A stretch of DNA of 32,241 nucleotides, from positions 162,172,732-162,204,972 of the forward strand of contig NC_068983.1 in NCBI RefSeq assembly GCF_001194135.2, read 5' to 3'. Under the pieces are notes generated by a model. That model saw only the letters and a list, made by a program, of their open reading frames with translations. It was not told the origin of the DNA and searched no databases. This stretch comes from Octopus bimaculoides. Its lineage: Eukaryota. Shown in pieces: positions 21,502 through 32,241 of this stretch; position 1 is the first letter of the stretch; each line of letters begins with the position of its first letter. The position numbers were made by a program, and so were the translations under genes.

Positions 21502-21527
21502 GTGTGTGTGTGTGTGTATGTGTTTGC

Positions 21528-21562
<35 letters not shown>

Positions 21563-21690
21563 NNNNNNNNNNNNNNNNNNNNNNNNNNNNNNNNNNNNNN
21601 NNNNNNNNNNNNNNNNNNNNNNNNNNNNNNNNNNNNNNNNNNNNNNNNNNNNNNNNNNNNNNNNNNNNNNNNNNNNNNNNNATATACATA
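21502..21690. repeat. (TG)/(TA) microsatellite around N gap
   Basis: Direct reading. Confidence 0.9.
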
Positions 21691-22153
21691 CAGGTTCTTG
21701 CAGATAAACTAAGACAATCTTTTACGATACATAAAACTGGTTATAAATACTAAACTTTTGGTAATAGATATAATTTTAATGTAACATTTATTACATGAAA
21801 ACATTTATCACTCAATATGGCGTCTCTTTTGGGCAATTACTGCCGCCACACGAGAACGAAATCTTATATCAACTCAGATAATCCTCGACGAAATTCTCTT
21901 TGGATTCTGATAATTTTACTGGTATTCGACGACTGTTTTACAAATGTCTTACCAAACTTATTTTTAGAATAATCCAAGACATTTTTCTGCCGGTTCCTTC
22001 GACGACTATACAAGGGCTGATTTACATTATTAGTGCCTCTTGGACAGAAGGTATTCTAAACAAATGGCAATTGGTTTCGCGTTTATTGCGTAAAGCAGAT
22101 TTGAGATAAATGACAAAACACCAATTCCTGCAAACAATATTTGCATGTGGCAG

Positions 22154-22317
22154 GGTAGCGAGCTGGCAGAATCGTTCTGGGTTCAAATGCCACCGGGTCG
22201 ACTTTGCCTTTCATCCCTTTGGAGTCAATAAAAGAAGTACTAGTTGAGTCTTGGGGTTGATTTTATCAGCTTAGCCACTTCTTCGAAATTGCTGGCCTTG
22301 TAGCAAAATCTGAAACC
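22154..22317 (+). mobile_element. SINE family A with internal deletion
   Basis: GTAGCGAGCTGGCAGAATCGTT|CTGGGTTCAAATGCC (about 50 bp lost at CGTT microhomology)...GTCGACTTTGCCTTTCATCCC...GAAATTGCTGGCCTTGTAGCAAAATCTGAAACC. Confidence 0.88.
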
Positions 22318-23489
22318 AACATTGACACGTGGTATCTGGTAATACTTTTTGAAAATAATTTTTGGTATTGAGAAACTATAAATTAAATTGCCCCAGCACA
22401 CTTACAGTAGGCTTGAACTCATGACCTGCTATATTATATCCATATGGCCATTTCATGTATTTGCTAATAGTATTTTACGAAGAAAAATTCTCCTCTTAAA
22501 GTATATGGCCATGACATGAAGTCATTTATTTGTGAAAGTAATTTTTGGAAATATCTGAATAGTCGGACATTTAAGACAACATTCGAAAGAAAGCGGCTTA
22601 AAAATTACAAGTTGTAGGAGTGATTAACAAGTGGTTGAGACTGTTATTAATTGTCTGACTCAGTGGAGTTTGTACGCTGCGTCGGACAAAATAGCAAAAA
22701 ACATTTGAATAGTGGAAATGTTGTACCAGACTGGACAGAACTTCTTTTTAATGGCGTTGTACTGAAATTCTGACGTTGTGCTTTAATCCTAAATACCAAA
22801 ATACCAACCACTGGTGACTCTCTGATTAAAATAATTAGGTATCAGTATCGTAAATATTATCCAGCTGTGTATCACTGGACGACTCATGCTCTATATTCAA
22901 TACACTAAACATATATTTGAACAACTTAAATAAAGAAGGTCGTGGCAAAGTTTAGCCTTTGTTTGTTTGTTGTGGTTGGAATAAGCTTTTGCTTCTATTT
23001 TGACAATGTTGAAAAAATATTTCAACCATTTTAATTATTTTTCTCTATGAAGACAATGCAGTAGAATATCGGAGATGGCGCTGTTGCATCAGAAATATAT
23101 ACATACATATAAACACGCATTTATATTGACATGGATGTGTATATATACATAGCATACGTATAAACATATTAGGCTCGTTTTCGAGTGTGATATCATCTTC
23201 GAGGTGTGATGTTGAGTGAAAAGCAAAGTTTCGAGTTGTCTACCCTTGTTATACTGTTTAAATGTCCTTTTCGGAGTTAGAGGTTTACTATAAATACTAT
23301 TTTGCAGCTATAAGTTATTACTATTTGTTTAATCTTATGTGGCTTCGCGAAGTAATAAGCTGATGGATTCCCTGGCAACGTTTATATTCTTAACTCTGTG
23401 GACACCACCAGATTAAATCCTACTTCTCAGGTGTCGAAACCATAATGATATCCGTTTGGGCAGCTGATATCCGTTTGGGTGTCAATCTG

Positions 23490-24024
23490 AGAGCATGTAC
23501 CGAGAGTGATAAAAATCAAGCCTCCAGTCAACATCATGGTTTTTGGAGTGATCACTAGCGATGGCAACGTTATGCCTCCATTCATCTTCCCACACGGCCT
23601 CAGATTCAACATGGAGGACTACATCAAATACCTGAAGGAGGTAGTGCTGCTCTGGGTTAAGAGGGTGGCTGCTGGAAGACCCTATGTCTGGCAACAGGAC
23701 TCTGCACCATGCCACACAAGCAGGAGAACCNNNNNNNNNNTGGCAACAGGACTCTGCACCATGCCACACAAGCAGGAGAACCCAGTCATGGCTGTCAGAC
23801 AATTTCTGCGGTCACATAACTCTTAACATCTGACTACCTAACTCCCCAGACTGCAACCCACATATAATATGTGGGGCGCAGTTGAGCGAGAAACCAACAA
23901 AACTCCTTGAAACAGCAAAGATGAACTGAAGGCAAGGATTATGGTAGCATTGACAAACCTAAACAAAGAGACCCTCCAGAAGAGTTGCGGGAAATTCCGA
24001 AGTCGTCCGGAAGCCGTGGTTGAA
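23490..24024 (+). mobile_element. maT-like (DD37D) transposase pseudogene fragment
   Basis: PVNIMVFGVITSDGNVMPPFIF...RPYVWQQDSAPCHTSRRTQSWLSDNFCGHITLNI*LPNSPDCNP...WGAVERETNKTP*NSKDELKARIM...FRSRPEAVVE, with stops and a frameshift at the third catalytic residue. Spacing is compatible with D37D. Confidence 0.85.
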
Positions 24025-24044
24025 NNNNNNNNNNTATATATATA

Positions 24045-25224
24045 CTAGCAGAGATACCCGACGTTGCTCGGGATTAAAATAGCATAGCTTGTGCATATAT
24101 AACAGTTATGTTGAAACAGGTGATACGGGAAAGTGCAGCATTGACGACAAAACATTTGTGGAGTAAATGATGGGCTAATTCGATAAGCGACATGACATGC
24201 GTCCCTTTGGTGTATTCCAGGCCCTAACATGTCATCGAAAATTGGAGGTGAGGGGCATGTGATTTTTTAACCATTCGAAAAACTGTCAGTGGATATACTC
24301 TTCTTTGCGGCAGTCGGTGCTGCGTCTAACACGACCCATCGTCTGAAGTTTTGACACCTCCTTCGGATTTGTTGTCCTGCAACACTCAAAATAAATTTGG
24401 AGGAACTGTAGTTGTTCATTTGTGGGTAATAGGGAATCAATGAGGTGATAGACTTGCATTTGAACTTTGAACGTCGGCGTAAATCTTTTTCTCTTTAGAT
24501 GCACCAAACGATCTTATTTGAAATGCAGAGTTGTCTGATATTGTTCAGAAAATCCTTTGACTGGATAGAAATGCCTTCCATAAGAGGTTGAGAAAGAGCT
24601 GATAGAGCTGGCAATCTTACCTTATCGCCTGAGCAGCACATGCCATTAGTTTCATTTGGAAATGTTAAAGCTTTGTGGAAACGACAACTTCAGTTTAGCA
24701 CACCAATTTGGACAGAATTATCATTTTTATATGAATGGGATGGATCATATCTGAAAGCAACTCCAGGAGTTGTGAAGAACGAATCTGTTTCTGTGAGCTA
24801 TTCTATTGGACCTCTGTCTAATCATTAAAACAACGTTTTAATGATTCAGCATTAAGTACTGCAGCATGCGTTTGGTAATCTTGGGAAAGTCTCATCTCCC
24901 TTCTGTATTGAGACTTCATCTGGCGTGTTGCAGCATGTCTCATCTCCCTTCTTTCTTGAGACTCTCGCCTTCGGTTTTCTACAATCCTCCTTGCTTTATA
25001 CTTGTTTCTGGAGAGATTACGTCTTTTCTTTGGTGGCATATTTTTCCAATGTTGTAAACAAAAACTTATGAACATAGAAAGAAATTATACGCTAATCCCT
25101 ATTTTTGTAAACAGTTGTATGTATGTAGTATGTCTTTATTTTTGTATGCAGTGTAAATCAACCACACAGAAGCACATGTATGAACTGCTGATTTAACGGT
25201 AAATACCACAATAATTATTATAGA
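24045..25224 (-). mobile_element. Internally deleted Helitron (1180 bp) with both canonical termini
   Basis: On the minus strand: A|TCTATAATAA at 25224, and hairpin CCCGAGCAACGTCGGG (24057-24072) followed by TATCTCTG-CTAG|T at 24045. Coding remnants: MPPKKRRNLSRNKYKARR (24818-25075), KALTFPNETNGMCCSGDKVRLP, and FTPTFKVQMQVYHLIDSLLPTNEQLQFLQIYF (24286-24507), the conserved pre-Rep region of Helitron RepHel. Confidence 0.9.
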
Positions 25225-25827
25225 TAAATTTCTTAATATATATACATATATATATTAAGCACATGTATTAAATGTTAATTTAAGGATGAATATGTAATTG
25301 TAAATACCCTGCAACCTTGCATCTGCTGCGATAATTATTAACTAGTAGTGGAACAGTAAATGTGTATTTTTATATACCTTGGACAGCCACATCATTGTTT
25401 TTTGTCAAGAGTTTCACCTCCAGCCGTTCGTTAGGTCAGTCAACACACCATTCTGCTGTGGTGGCCGTAAAGAAGGAAAGTTGCCGATGCGTAATGTTGT
25501 TCACATTAGGATATAAATCATTCATTTATTTCAAATATAATAGAAATAAGATGATGCTAGTGTTATCAAATTAGAATTAAAAGTGAAAGAATAAAAGTGA
25601 AAGAATATTATATCTCATTACAACATAGAACTTATTCTTTCACTTTTGACACGTAATACCGAACCAGTGACAATGCTGTATTGTTTTATTCCAAATGAAA
25701 AAAAATTACATTTTGACACTCACGTGGTCTGATACCATTACCTTGTAAAATTTGATTTGATTTAGTCGAGCGATTTGAGAATGCATAGGAAACAGGCAGA
25801 CTGACAAAGAATTTTATATAGAGAGAG

Positions 25828-25830
<3 letters not shown>

Positions 25831-25868
<38 letters not shown>
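25831..25868. repeat. (CA)n microsatellite
   Basis: Direct reading. Confidence 0.95.
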
Positions 25869-25871
<3 letters not shown>

Positions 25872-25899
25872 TATGTGTGACCTGACATAATAATAATAT

Positions 25900-26194
25900 T
25901 GAACCCCGACCACCTCTTACAACTTGTCATATGTCACAAAACTTGTAAGACAATATCTGGACTTAAAAGACATTTGCTAGTTCTCAAAACCGTTTCTTCG
26001 GAATCAGATTCCAAAGGGCAAAGATATAGAAGAAATTTGAATAATATCTGTCACTTGTGTTTTAAACTCTGTCAGTCAGCAGCTGGTCTTAAAAGTCATT
26101 TGAGGGTTCATCAATGGAGTGGCTGTGTCGTGTGATGGGGTGGGGTGTGTGTGTTGATGGGACGGCTATCATCTCTCAAGATGAAGCAATCATC

Positions 26195-26200
<6 letters not shown>
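25900..26200 (+). mobile_element. 5'-truncated 3' end of an RTE-like LINE with two C2H2-like fingers and (ATC)/(TA) tail
   Basis: ICHKTCKTISGLKRHL and CHLCFKLCQSAAGLKSHLRVH (CX2CX12HX3H with the internal Cys and GL.SH.R.H signature of RTE ORF2 C-termini), then a stop, a short 3' UTR and AATCATCATATATA. Confidence 0.6.
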
Positions 26201-26232
<32 letters not shown>

Positions 26233-26555
26233 TTATTAATATTTCTAAGTCTCTCTAAAGGAGACTACGGCAGCGGTACTGGAAATTAATAGTTATCGCC
26301 AAGCCAACATGGCAGTCCCAAAATTAGGACGAAAGCTGCCGTGAATTAGCTCCAAGAAGCCATCGCCTCTAGCTAGCTATGTGACACACGTGTGTCNNNN
26401 NNNNNNNNNNNNNNNNNNNNNNNNNNNNNNNNNNNNNNNNNNNNNNNNNNNNNNNNNNNNNNNNNNNNNNNNNNNNNNNNNNNNNNNNNNNNNNNNNNNN
26501 NNNNNNNNNNNNNNNNNNNNNNNNNNNNNNNNNNNNNNNNNNNNNNNNNNNNNNN

Positions 26556-26597
<42 letters not shown>
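26556..26597. repeat. (TG)n microsatellite after gap
   Basis: Direct reading. Confidence 0.93.
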
Positions 26598-26601
<4 letters not shown>

Positions 26602-28436
26602 AAAGCCTATGAATTCGTTTCAATGAATTCATAGCTAATGAGAAAATAATCTCTTTTTGGGGTTAATAAAATTATTTAGAGCAAGGCTAGCTAACCCGTG
26701 AACTGTTGGCCAAAATAGTGCATTGGCCGACGACTTGATATAACACATAGCATTGTTTCATACATGTTTGACAGTTAGCATGATCCTGTCGCCGCGGCCA
26801 ACGCCGGTCCATCACAAATTTTTATCTACCAGGTTACAGGTGACACTCCTACGCAACAGAGCCGGCTTTGTTTGGCCGTTGTGAATGTTTGCAGATTTCT
26901 TCTTAAACCTGCAAATGTTCACAAATTAAACCTTGTTTTCACATTAAGCATCAAGCTGAAAGTGATAGTAAGTGGGAAAATTAATTCATATTTATATCAT
27001 TGTGTATTGTTGGTGAAAATAGTTTCTCATAGACTGGAAGACATGGCCTTAATAGATACTATGAAATATTAACATCAAGCTAAAATCCTAGGAAAAACTG
27101 GAGCTACTGCTTGGATCTGAGTTATGTTTAGCAGACGGGGCTTAATAAATTCTGTTTTGTTTTGACTGATAATGTTATTTCAGGATTAATTAATTAGTTA
27201 ATAGTATTAAATGACTGGCTTGACATTTGCAAATAACTCACAATGTCTACAAGTAAACTAGAAGCAAAAACAAAAGGGTCAGTACAGCAATATCATATTA
27301 TCGTACGCTAATTCGTATCAACGAATCTTGGTCAAGGACATCTGCAAAAGAGGTTGTACTCTGCTACATCCATCCAAAATCTATTTTCGCCCTTATAGTA
27401 GTTCTGCACATCTTTGAGAAAAACGGACAGCAGTGCATAGATGGGAATATTTCGCTGTTTTTATTCCAAATTGTCTTATCACAGAGTACAAAGGTTTCAA
27501 TTTGTTAATTAGTGATGTTTTTACTTCTTGGTTTTTGCCGAGGTGAGAACATTAATGAGTAATGTTTTAGGGAAGTAACTATTGTAATATAGTGTGTGTT
27601 TAAATAATTGTATGAATCTGAGTTGCGTTTCTTAGCAAGGGGTTTAAACCAACCAAAGGAGAAGAGTTTTGTTGCATAGCAATAAGGACGAAATGTCTTT
27701 GAACTTTAGAACAATATTATCGAACAGATGTTTACTCATCTTTCCTATATCAGTCTTTGTAAAGTTTATTTGTCCAATAGAGGGATTATTTTCGAAATTT
27801 GCCTTATGACCCTTAAATGTGAAGTATTGTTGTTTAAATGCTGGTGGTTCGGTTATGTTATCTACGTACAGATCAGAGGGGATATTTGCAGGCCTCGGTT
27901 ATTTCTTTAAAAGCGTTGAAGTCCCTTTTATTGTAAGATTACTGCGGTGACAGGGAAAAGGAAAATGGGGTACGTAGGATCAATTTCGTTTGGGTTTTAC
28001 AATTGCTGGATAGGATGCAACTATGGTTTGAATCCTTAAAGTCACTTATTTTTGCGTTGAAATTAAACTGGAGAGTATTTCTTAATTTTTTTTATACATA
28101 ACTCTACTGCTCTACACCATAAAATCATTTCCGTAAACGGCAGTCAACAACGTTTTAAACAAAAAAAAACCTTACAATCCACTACACTACAGACATGGAT
28201 TTTAATGCCGGTAACTTTAAATCCCATAGGATTTCCTCCAGTGGAAAACAAGCAACGGTGGTACATCAATATAAAGTAAATGTGAATATATTTACTTTAC
28301 AGTAAGTTTCAAAACATCTGGATGTTTCTTCGATAACTGTTTGTTTTTTTTCAACGGGTATAATGAGAGGTGGATTCTTATGAATTCTTTATATATATTG
28401 CAATCAGCTACAAGAGGGTAGCTCTTGAAGCTGATT

Positions 28437-28607
28437 GCACAAGGCCAGCAATAAGTCAATTGCATTGACCCCAGTACTCAGTTGGTACTTATTTTATCGA
28501 CCCCGAAAGGATGAACGGCAAAGTCGATCTCCGGCAGGGTTTTAAATCAGAACATAAAGACGGATGAAATGCTGCCAAACATTTTGTCCGGTGTATTAAC
28601 GATTCCG
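28437..28607 (-). mobile_element. SINE family A, degraded
   Basis: CAAGGCCAGCAAT...ACCCCAGTACTCAGTTGGTACTTATTTTATCGACCCCGAAAGGATGAACGGCAAAGTCGA...TTAACGATTCCG. Confidence 0.88.
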
Positions 28608-28775
28608 TAACGCCGAAGGGGAATAAAGCGACCGCATTAATGTACTCCCCAAAACATCCTCTTTGGTCAACGTCCAATACTTTTCAACATAGAGAAATCT
28701 TTCCAACTGCATTCATGACATTTTTATACTAAACATTTTTCCTCGTAACCATCATTTTGAAATTTCTTCGCATTG

Positions 28776-28790
28776 ACACACACACACACA

Positions 28791-28828
<38 letters not shown>
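28776..28828. repeat. (CA)n microsatellite before gap 28829-29647
   Basis: Direct reading. Confidence 0.95.
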
Positions 28829-29647
28829 NNNNNNNNNNNNNNNNNNNNNNNNNNNNNNNNNNNNNNNNNNNNNNNNNNNNNNNNNNNNNNNNNNNNNNNN
28901 NNNNNNNNNNNNNNNNNNNNNNNNNNNNNNNNNNNNNNNNNNNNNNNNNNNNNNNNNNNNNNNNNNNNNNNNNNNNNNNNNNNNNNNNNNNNNNNNNNNN
29001 NNNNNNNNNNNNNNNNNNNNNNNNNNNNNNNNNNNNNNNNNNNNNNNNNNNNNNNNNNNNNNNNNNNNNNNNNNNNNNNNNNNNNNNNNNNNNNNNNNNN
29101 NNNNNNNNNNNNNNNNNNNNNNNNNNNNNNNNNNNNNNNNNNNNNNNNNNNNNNNNNNNNNNNNNNNNNNNNNNNNNNNNNNNNNNNNNNNNNNNNNNNN
29201 NNNNNNNNNNNNNNNNNNNNNNNNNNNNNNNNNNNNNNNNNNNNNNNNNNNNNNNNNNNNNNNNNNNNNNNNNNNNNNNNNNNNNNNNNNNNNNNNNNNN
29301 NNNNNNNNNNNNNNNNNNNNNNNNNNNNNNNNNNNNNNNNNNNNNNNNNNNNNNNNNNNNNNNNNNNNNNNNNNNNNNNNNNNNNNNNNNNNNNNNNNNN
29401 NNNNNNNNNNNNNNNNNNNNNNNNNNNNNNNNNNNNNNNNNNNNNNNNNNNNNNNNNNNNNNNNNNNNNNNNNNNNNNNNNNNNNNNNNNNNNNNNNNNN
29501 NNNNNNNNNNNNNNNNNNNNNNNNNNNNNNNNNNNNNNNNNNNNNNNNNNNNNNNNNNNNNNNNNNNNNNNNNNNNNNNNNNNNNNNNNNNNNNNNNNNN
29601 NNNNNNNNNNNNNNNNNNNNNNNNNNNNNNNNNNNNNNNNNNNNNNN

Positions 29648-30857
29648 TAATACGCAAAGCGTACAATTGAAATGTAATCGATAGGTAGGACTACATACTT
29701 TAGTATTTAGTTGACATTCCCTTTGCAGTTTTTAATTCAGAAACTCTTTTTGGCATTGAACTGATGAGCTTTGTGATTGTCTCTTGTGGAATTTTTGCCC
29801 ACTTTTCATGCAACAATCGAAACAATTCATCTTTAAATTTAGGTTTCTGTCGAGTTTTTCGTATAGCTCTATCTAGTATGCTCCAAAGATTTTCAATTGG
29901 GTTCATGTCAGGAGATTGGCTCGGCCAAGGAAGCTTTTTGATCCCATTTTCAGTCAGCCATTAATGATTCCTTTTCGCTGTGTGGCATGGAGCCCCATCT
30001 TAAAAACTAATTTTTCATTGTTATCGTGTGAATACATCGGAAGTAGTCCTTGCTTAAGTATTTTAATGTATTTTTCAGAGTTTATGGTTCCAAAACATTT
30101 TATCAGCTCAGAACGACCATTGCTGGTGACAGCTCCCCATACCATTACAGAGATACCGCCATGTTTCACAGTTGGTTGGAGTCGTTTCAAATTAAATTTT
30201 TGATTGGGAAGCCTCCAGATCCAAATACGTCCACTGTCTGAAAATAATGCAAATCTGGATTAATCTGAAAAAATCACTCTATCCCAAAATGAACTGGATT
30301 TTTCTGACATCTCCTTAGCCCATTTCTTTCTTTTCATGATATTAATTGGTTGAAGGAGAGGTTTTCTTCTAGCTGCTCGCCCATAATACCCAAGCTTACG
30401 CAGATATGTAACTCACGTTCTTGGACTAACTTCTAGCTGTTTTGCAGTGTCAGAAACCTTCGAACGGGGTTCGTTTTCCACAATTCTCTTCAAACAGCGA
30501 AGATTCCTTTCCGAGAGCCCAAGTCGACCCGGACGAGAATCTGTTGATTCATTGCCTTGGCTTTTGAATTGCACTATAATTCTATTAACAGTAGCAAGAG
30601 GAATTTGAAAATTTCGGCAATTTTTCGCTAAGACCAGCCTCAGATTGCCCAACATTACGACCTCTTTGAAAATCTGGCAGTTCTGCTGAACTTTTTGTGC
30701 GTGGCATGGTTACACTTCGCAAATGTTTAATATAATGGCACTTGGAATGAAAAAGAATAATTACATTGTAAATTCTACACTGCTGAAAACATATTAAGAC
30801 GTTTAGATCAGAAATTTTGAAAATTAAAGGTGTCTATTTACTTCCTGCATGCCTTTG
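29648..30857 (-). mobile_element. Tc1 (DD34E) DNA transposon; near-complete but frameshifted transposase pseudogene
   Basis: ATG at 30707 (MPRTKSSAELPDFQRGR), HTH piece 30413-30655, PTVKHGGISVMVWG (29954-30190), DGAPCHTAKR...WPSQSPDMNPIENLW with 34 residues between D and E, stop at 29700. TIR-like TA|CAAAGGCATGCAGGAAGTAAATAGACACC at 30829-30859. The other end presumably lies in the gap. Confidence 0.92.
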
Positions 30858-30859
30858 TA

Positions 30860-31140
30860 TATATTACCATTTTCCTTTTCTCCTCTTTCTCTTTTTCTCT
30901 TTAAGTGTTTCCTTCTCTTTCCCCTACTGTTTTCTCTATTCATTGCCCCTGTTTTTTTTTTACCCATTTTCCTACTGCATTCACTTTTCCTCCTCATTCC
31001 CCCGATACTTCCCTTCTTCTGTCTTTTTTTGTGTTGAAGGGCCAACGCCTGAAACGTTAATACTCTCGTCCCTGAAGCGATAAACTAAAACCCTGTTTCT
31101 CGAACTTTGCTCTTCCTGTGTTGTCCTTTTTAATATTTAT
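30860..31140 (+). mobile_element. Penelope-like terminal-repeat fragment with decayed hammerhead-like motif
   Basis: A CT-rich tract, then TTGAAGGGCCAACGCCTGAAACGTTAATACTCTCGTC (31034-31070), then AAACTAAAAC, as in recalled PLE terminal repeats. No RT/GIY-YIG coding remnant seen. Confidence 0.5.
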
Positions 31141-32099
31141 TATCTTTCTCCTAATTTAAATATACTCCGACATTTTGTCGAAATTTCATTTTCCTTATCA
31201 CCTCCTTATTTTAATTTACCTAATCAATTAATTGGTTAATTATTTTGATTAAAAAAAAACAGATGCCAGGAAAAGTTGGCTGTAGTTAATGCTACGTGTG
31301 AACATGAATAACATGAATAACATGAATATTTTTTCCAGTCCACATCACACCGAAGATAAGATTTCCTAGCTACAAGTAGACTTCACCCAACAATAGACAT
31401 GCAGGCTATCCTACCATTAACTCAGTGCTTAAATTACTTACCTTTAATTTACAATTTTATAATTACATTTTACACCTAGCTAAGATCTTTACCTTATACT
31501 TACAAATACAGTTTTATATTTCTTTTAAGCACCCCTGCCTCACATATCTCTGTCAATCCTCATTCATCCATTTTTATTTTATTTTTTCTCCCTCTTTCTG
31601 AAAGTGTTAATACAAACATAGATATAATTACAACTACGACGCCCCTCGTCACTTAATTTATTTGGAAGTAAATGAATCTACAATAATATCTATTTATATT
31701 TTATGCTAAAATAATATATATATATATATTTCCCAAGTCACGTCTTCTTTGCAATATTAAAATTACATACTACACACGATAACCTTTTCTCACTAAATAC
31801 ATTCAGGAAATCTAGTCATAATTGCAACCTATGTACTTAATTATCTCCTGTTGCACACGACTTCTAAGAGCCTAGGTAATTCCTCTTAATAATAACACAG
31901 TACCGTATACGGGCATATGATATTCTGTGGTTTTATTCCATCATATAACTCTGAATGAATTATCTTCCTTTGACTTCTCAAAACATATTCAGGGCACAAC
32001 AGCATAAAGATTTTCTAAATGAACAGAAAATAACCGGTTTTTTTTTTTAAAGATTTTGAGAATATGCTTGAAAAAATATGTTTAAAAAGTTTATATATA

Positions 32100-32202
32100 C
32101 AGGGTATTCAAAAAGTCTCTCCGTAGGGAATTTTTCGGTGAACGGATTATTTCGAAGGGACTTTGGCCACCAAGATCACCTGATTTAACACTGCCAGACG
32201 TT
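32100..32202 (+). mobile_element. Tc1/mariner-superfamily fragment: TIR-like end joined to the catalytic WPPRSPDL region
   Basis: TA|CAGGGTATTCAAAAAGTC is followed directly by LRREFFGERIISKGLWPPRSPDLTLPD. Confidence 0.7.
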
Positions 32203-32206
32203 AGTG

Positions 32207-32207
<1 letters not shown>

Positions 32208-32241
<34 letters not shown>
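32208..32241. repeat. (TA)n microsatellite at window end
   Basis: Direct reading. Confidence 0.95.

Noticed and set aside
23177-23400. Second possible Penelope/hammerhead-like remnant (CGTTTTCGAG...TCTTCGAGG; GCTGATGGA...GGCAACGTT)
   Set aside because: The cores are too degenerate and the stems cannot be completed.
23689-23782. 42-bp direct repeat within the maT-like fragment
   Set aside because: The copies are identical on either side of a 10-N gap; this is an assembly overlap artefact.
25899-26135. Host C2H2 zinc-finger gene
   Set aside because: There are no TGEKP linkers, the first finger is broken, and the motif and tail fit a LINE 3' end better.
13959-29684. Long ORFs dominated by X, or by HT/VC/YI/ER/SFFL runs
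   Set aside because: These are translations of N gaps and microsatellites.

Overview
AT-rich, repeat-saturated eukaryotic DNA from a gapped short-read assembly. The microsatellite density and SINE types resemble an octopus/cephalopod genome (inference). No host gene can be supported. The left ~6.7 kb is a CpG-rich, self-complementary ~62-bp satellite array. It has higher-order structure, an internal ~1 kb inverted block, and a second 55-bp satellite at the divergent orientation switch. The array abuts an uninterrupted reading frame of a HERO-like (RLE-type) non-LTR retrotransposon that runs off the left edge. The remainder holds tRNA-derived SINEs of at least three families, Tc1/mariner-superfamily remnants of several lineages (DD36E, DD37D, DD34E, mariner), and an internally deleted Helitron with both canonical termini. 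It also has an RTE-like LINE 3' end, a Penelope-like terminal fragment with a decayed hammerhead-like motif, many microsatellites and N gaps. Family assignments come from recalled motifs, not database searches.
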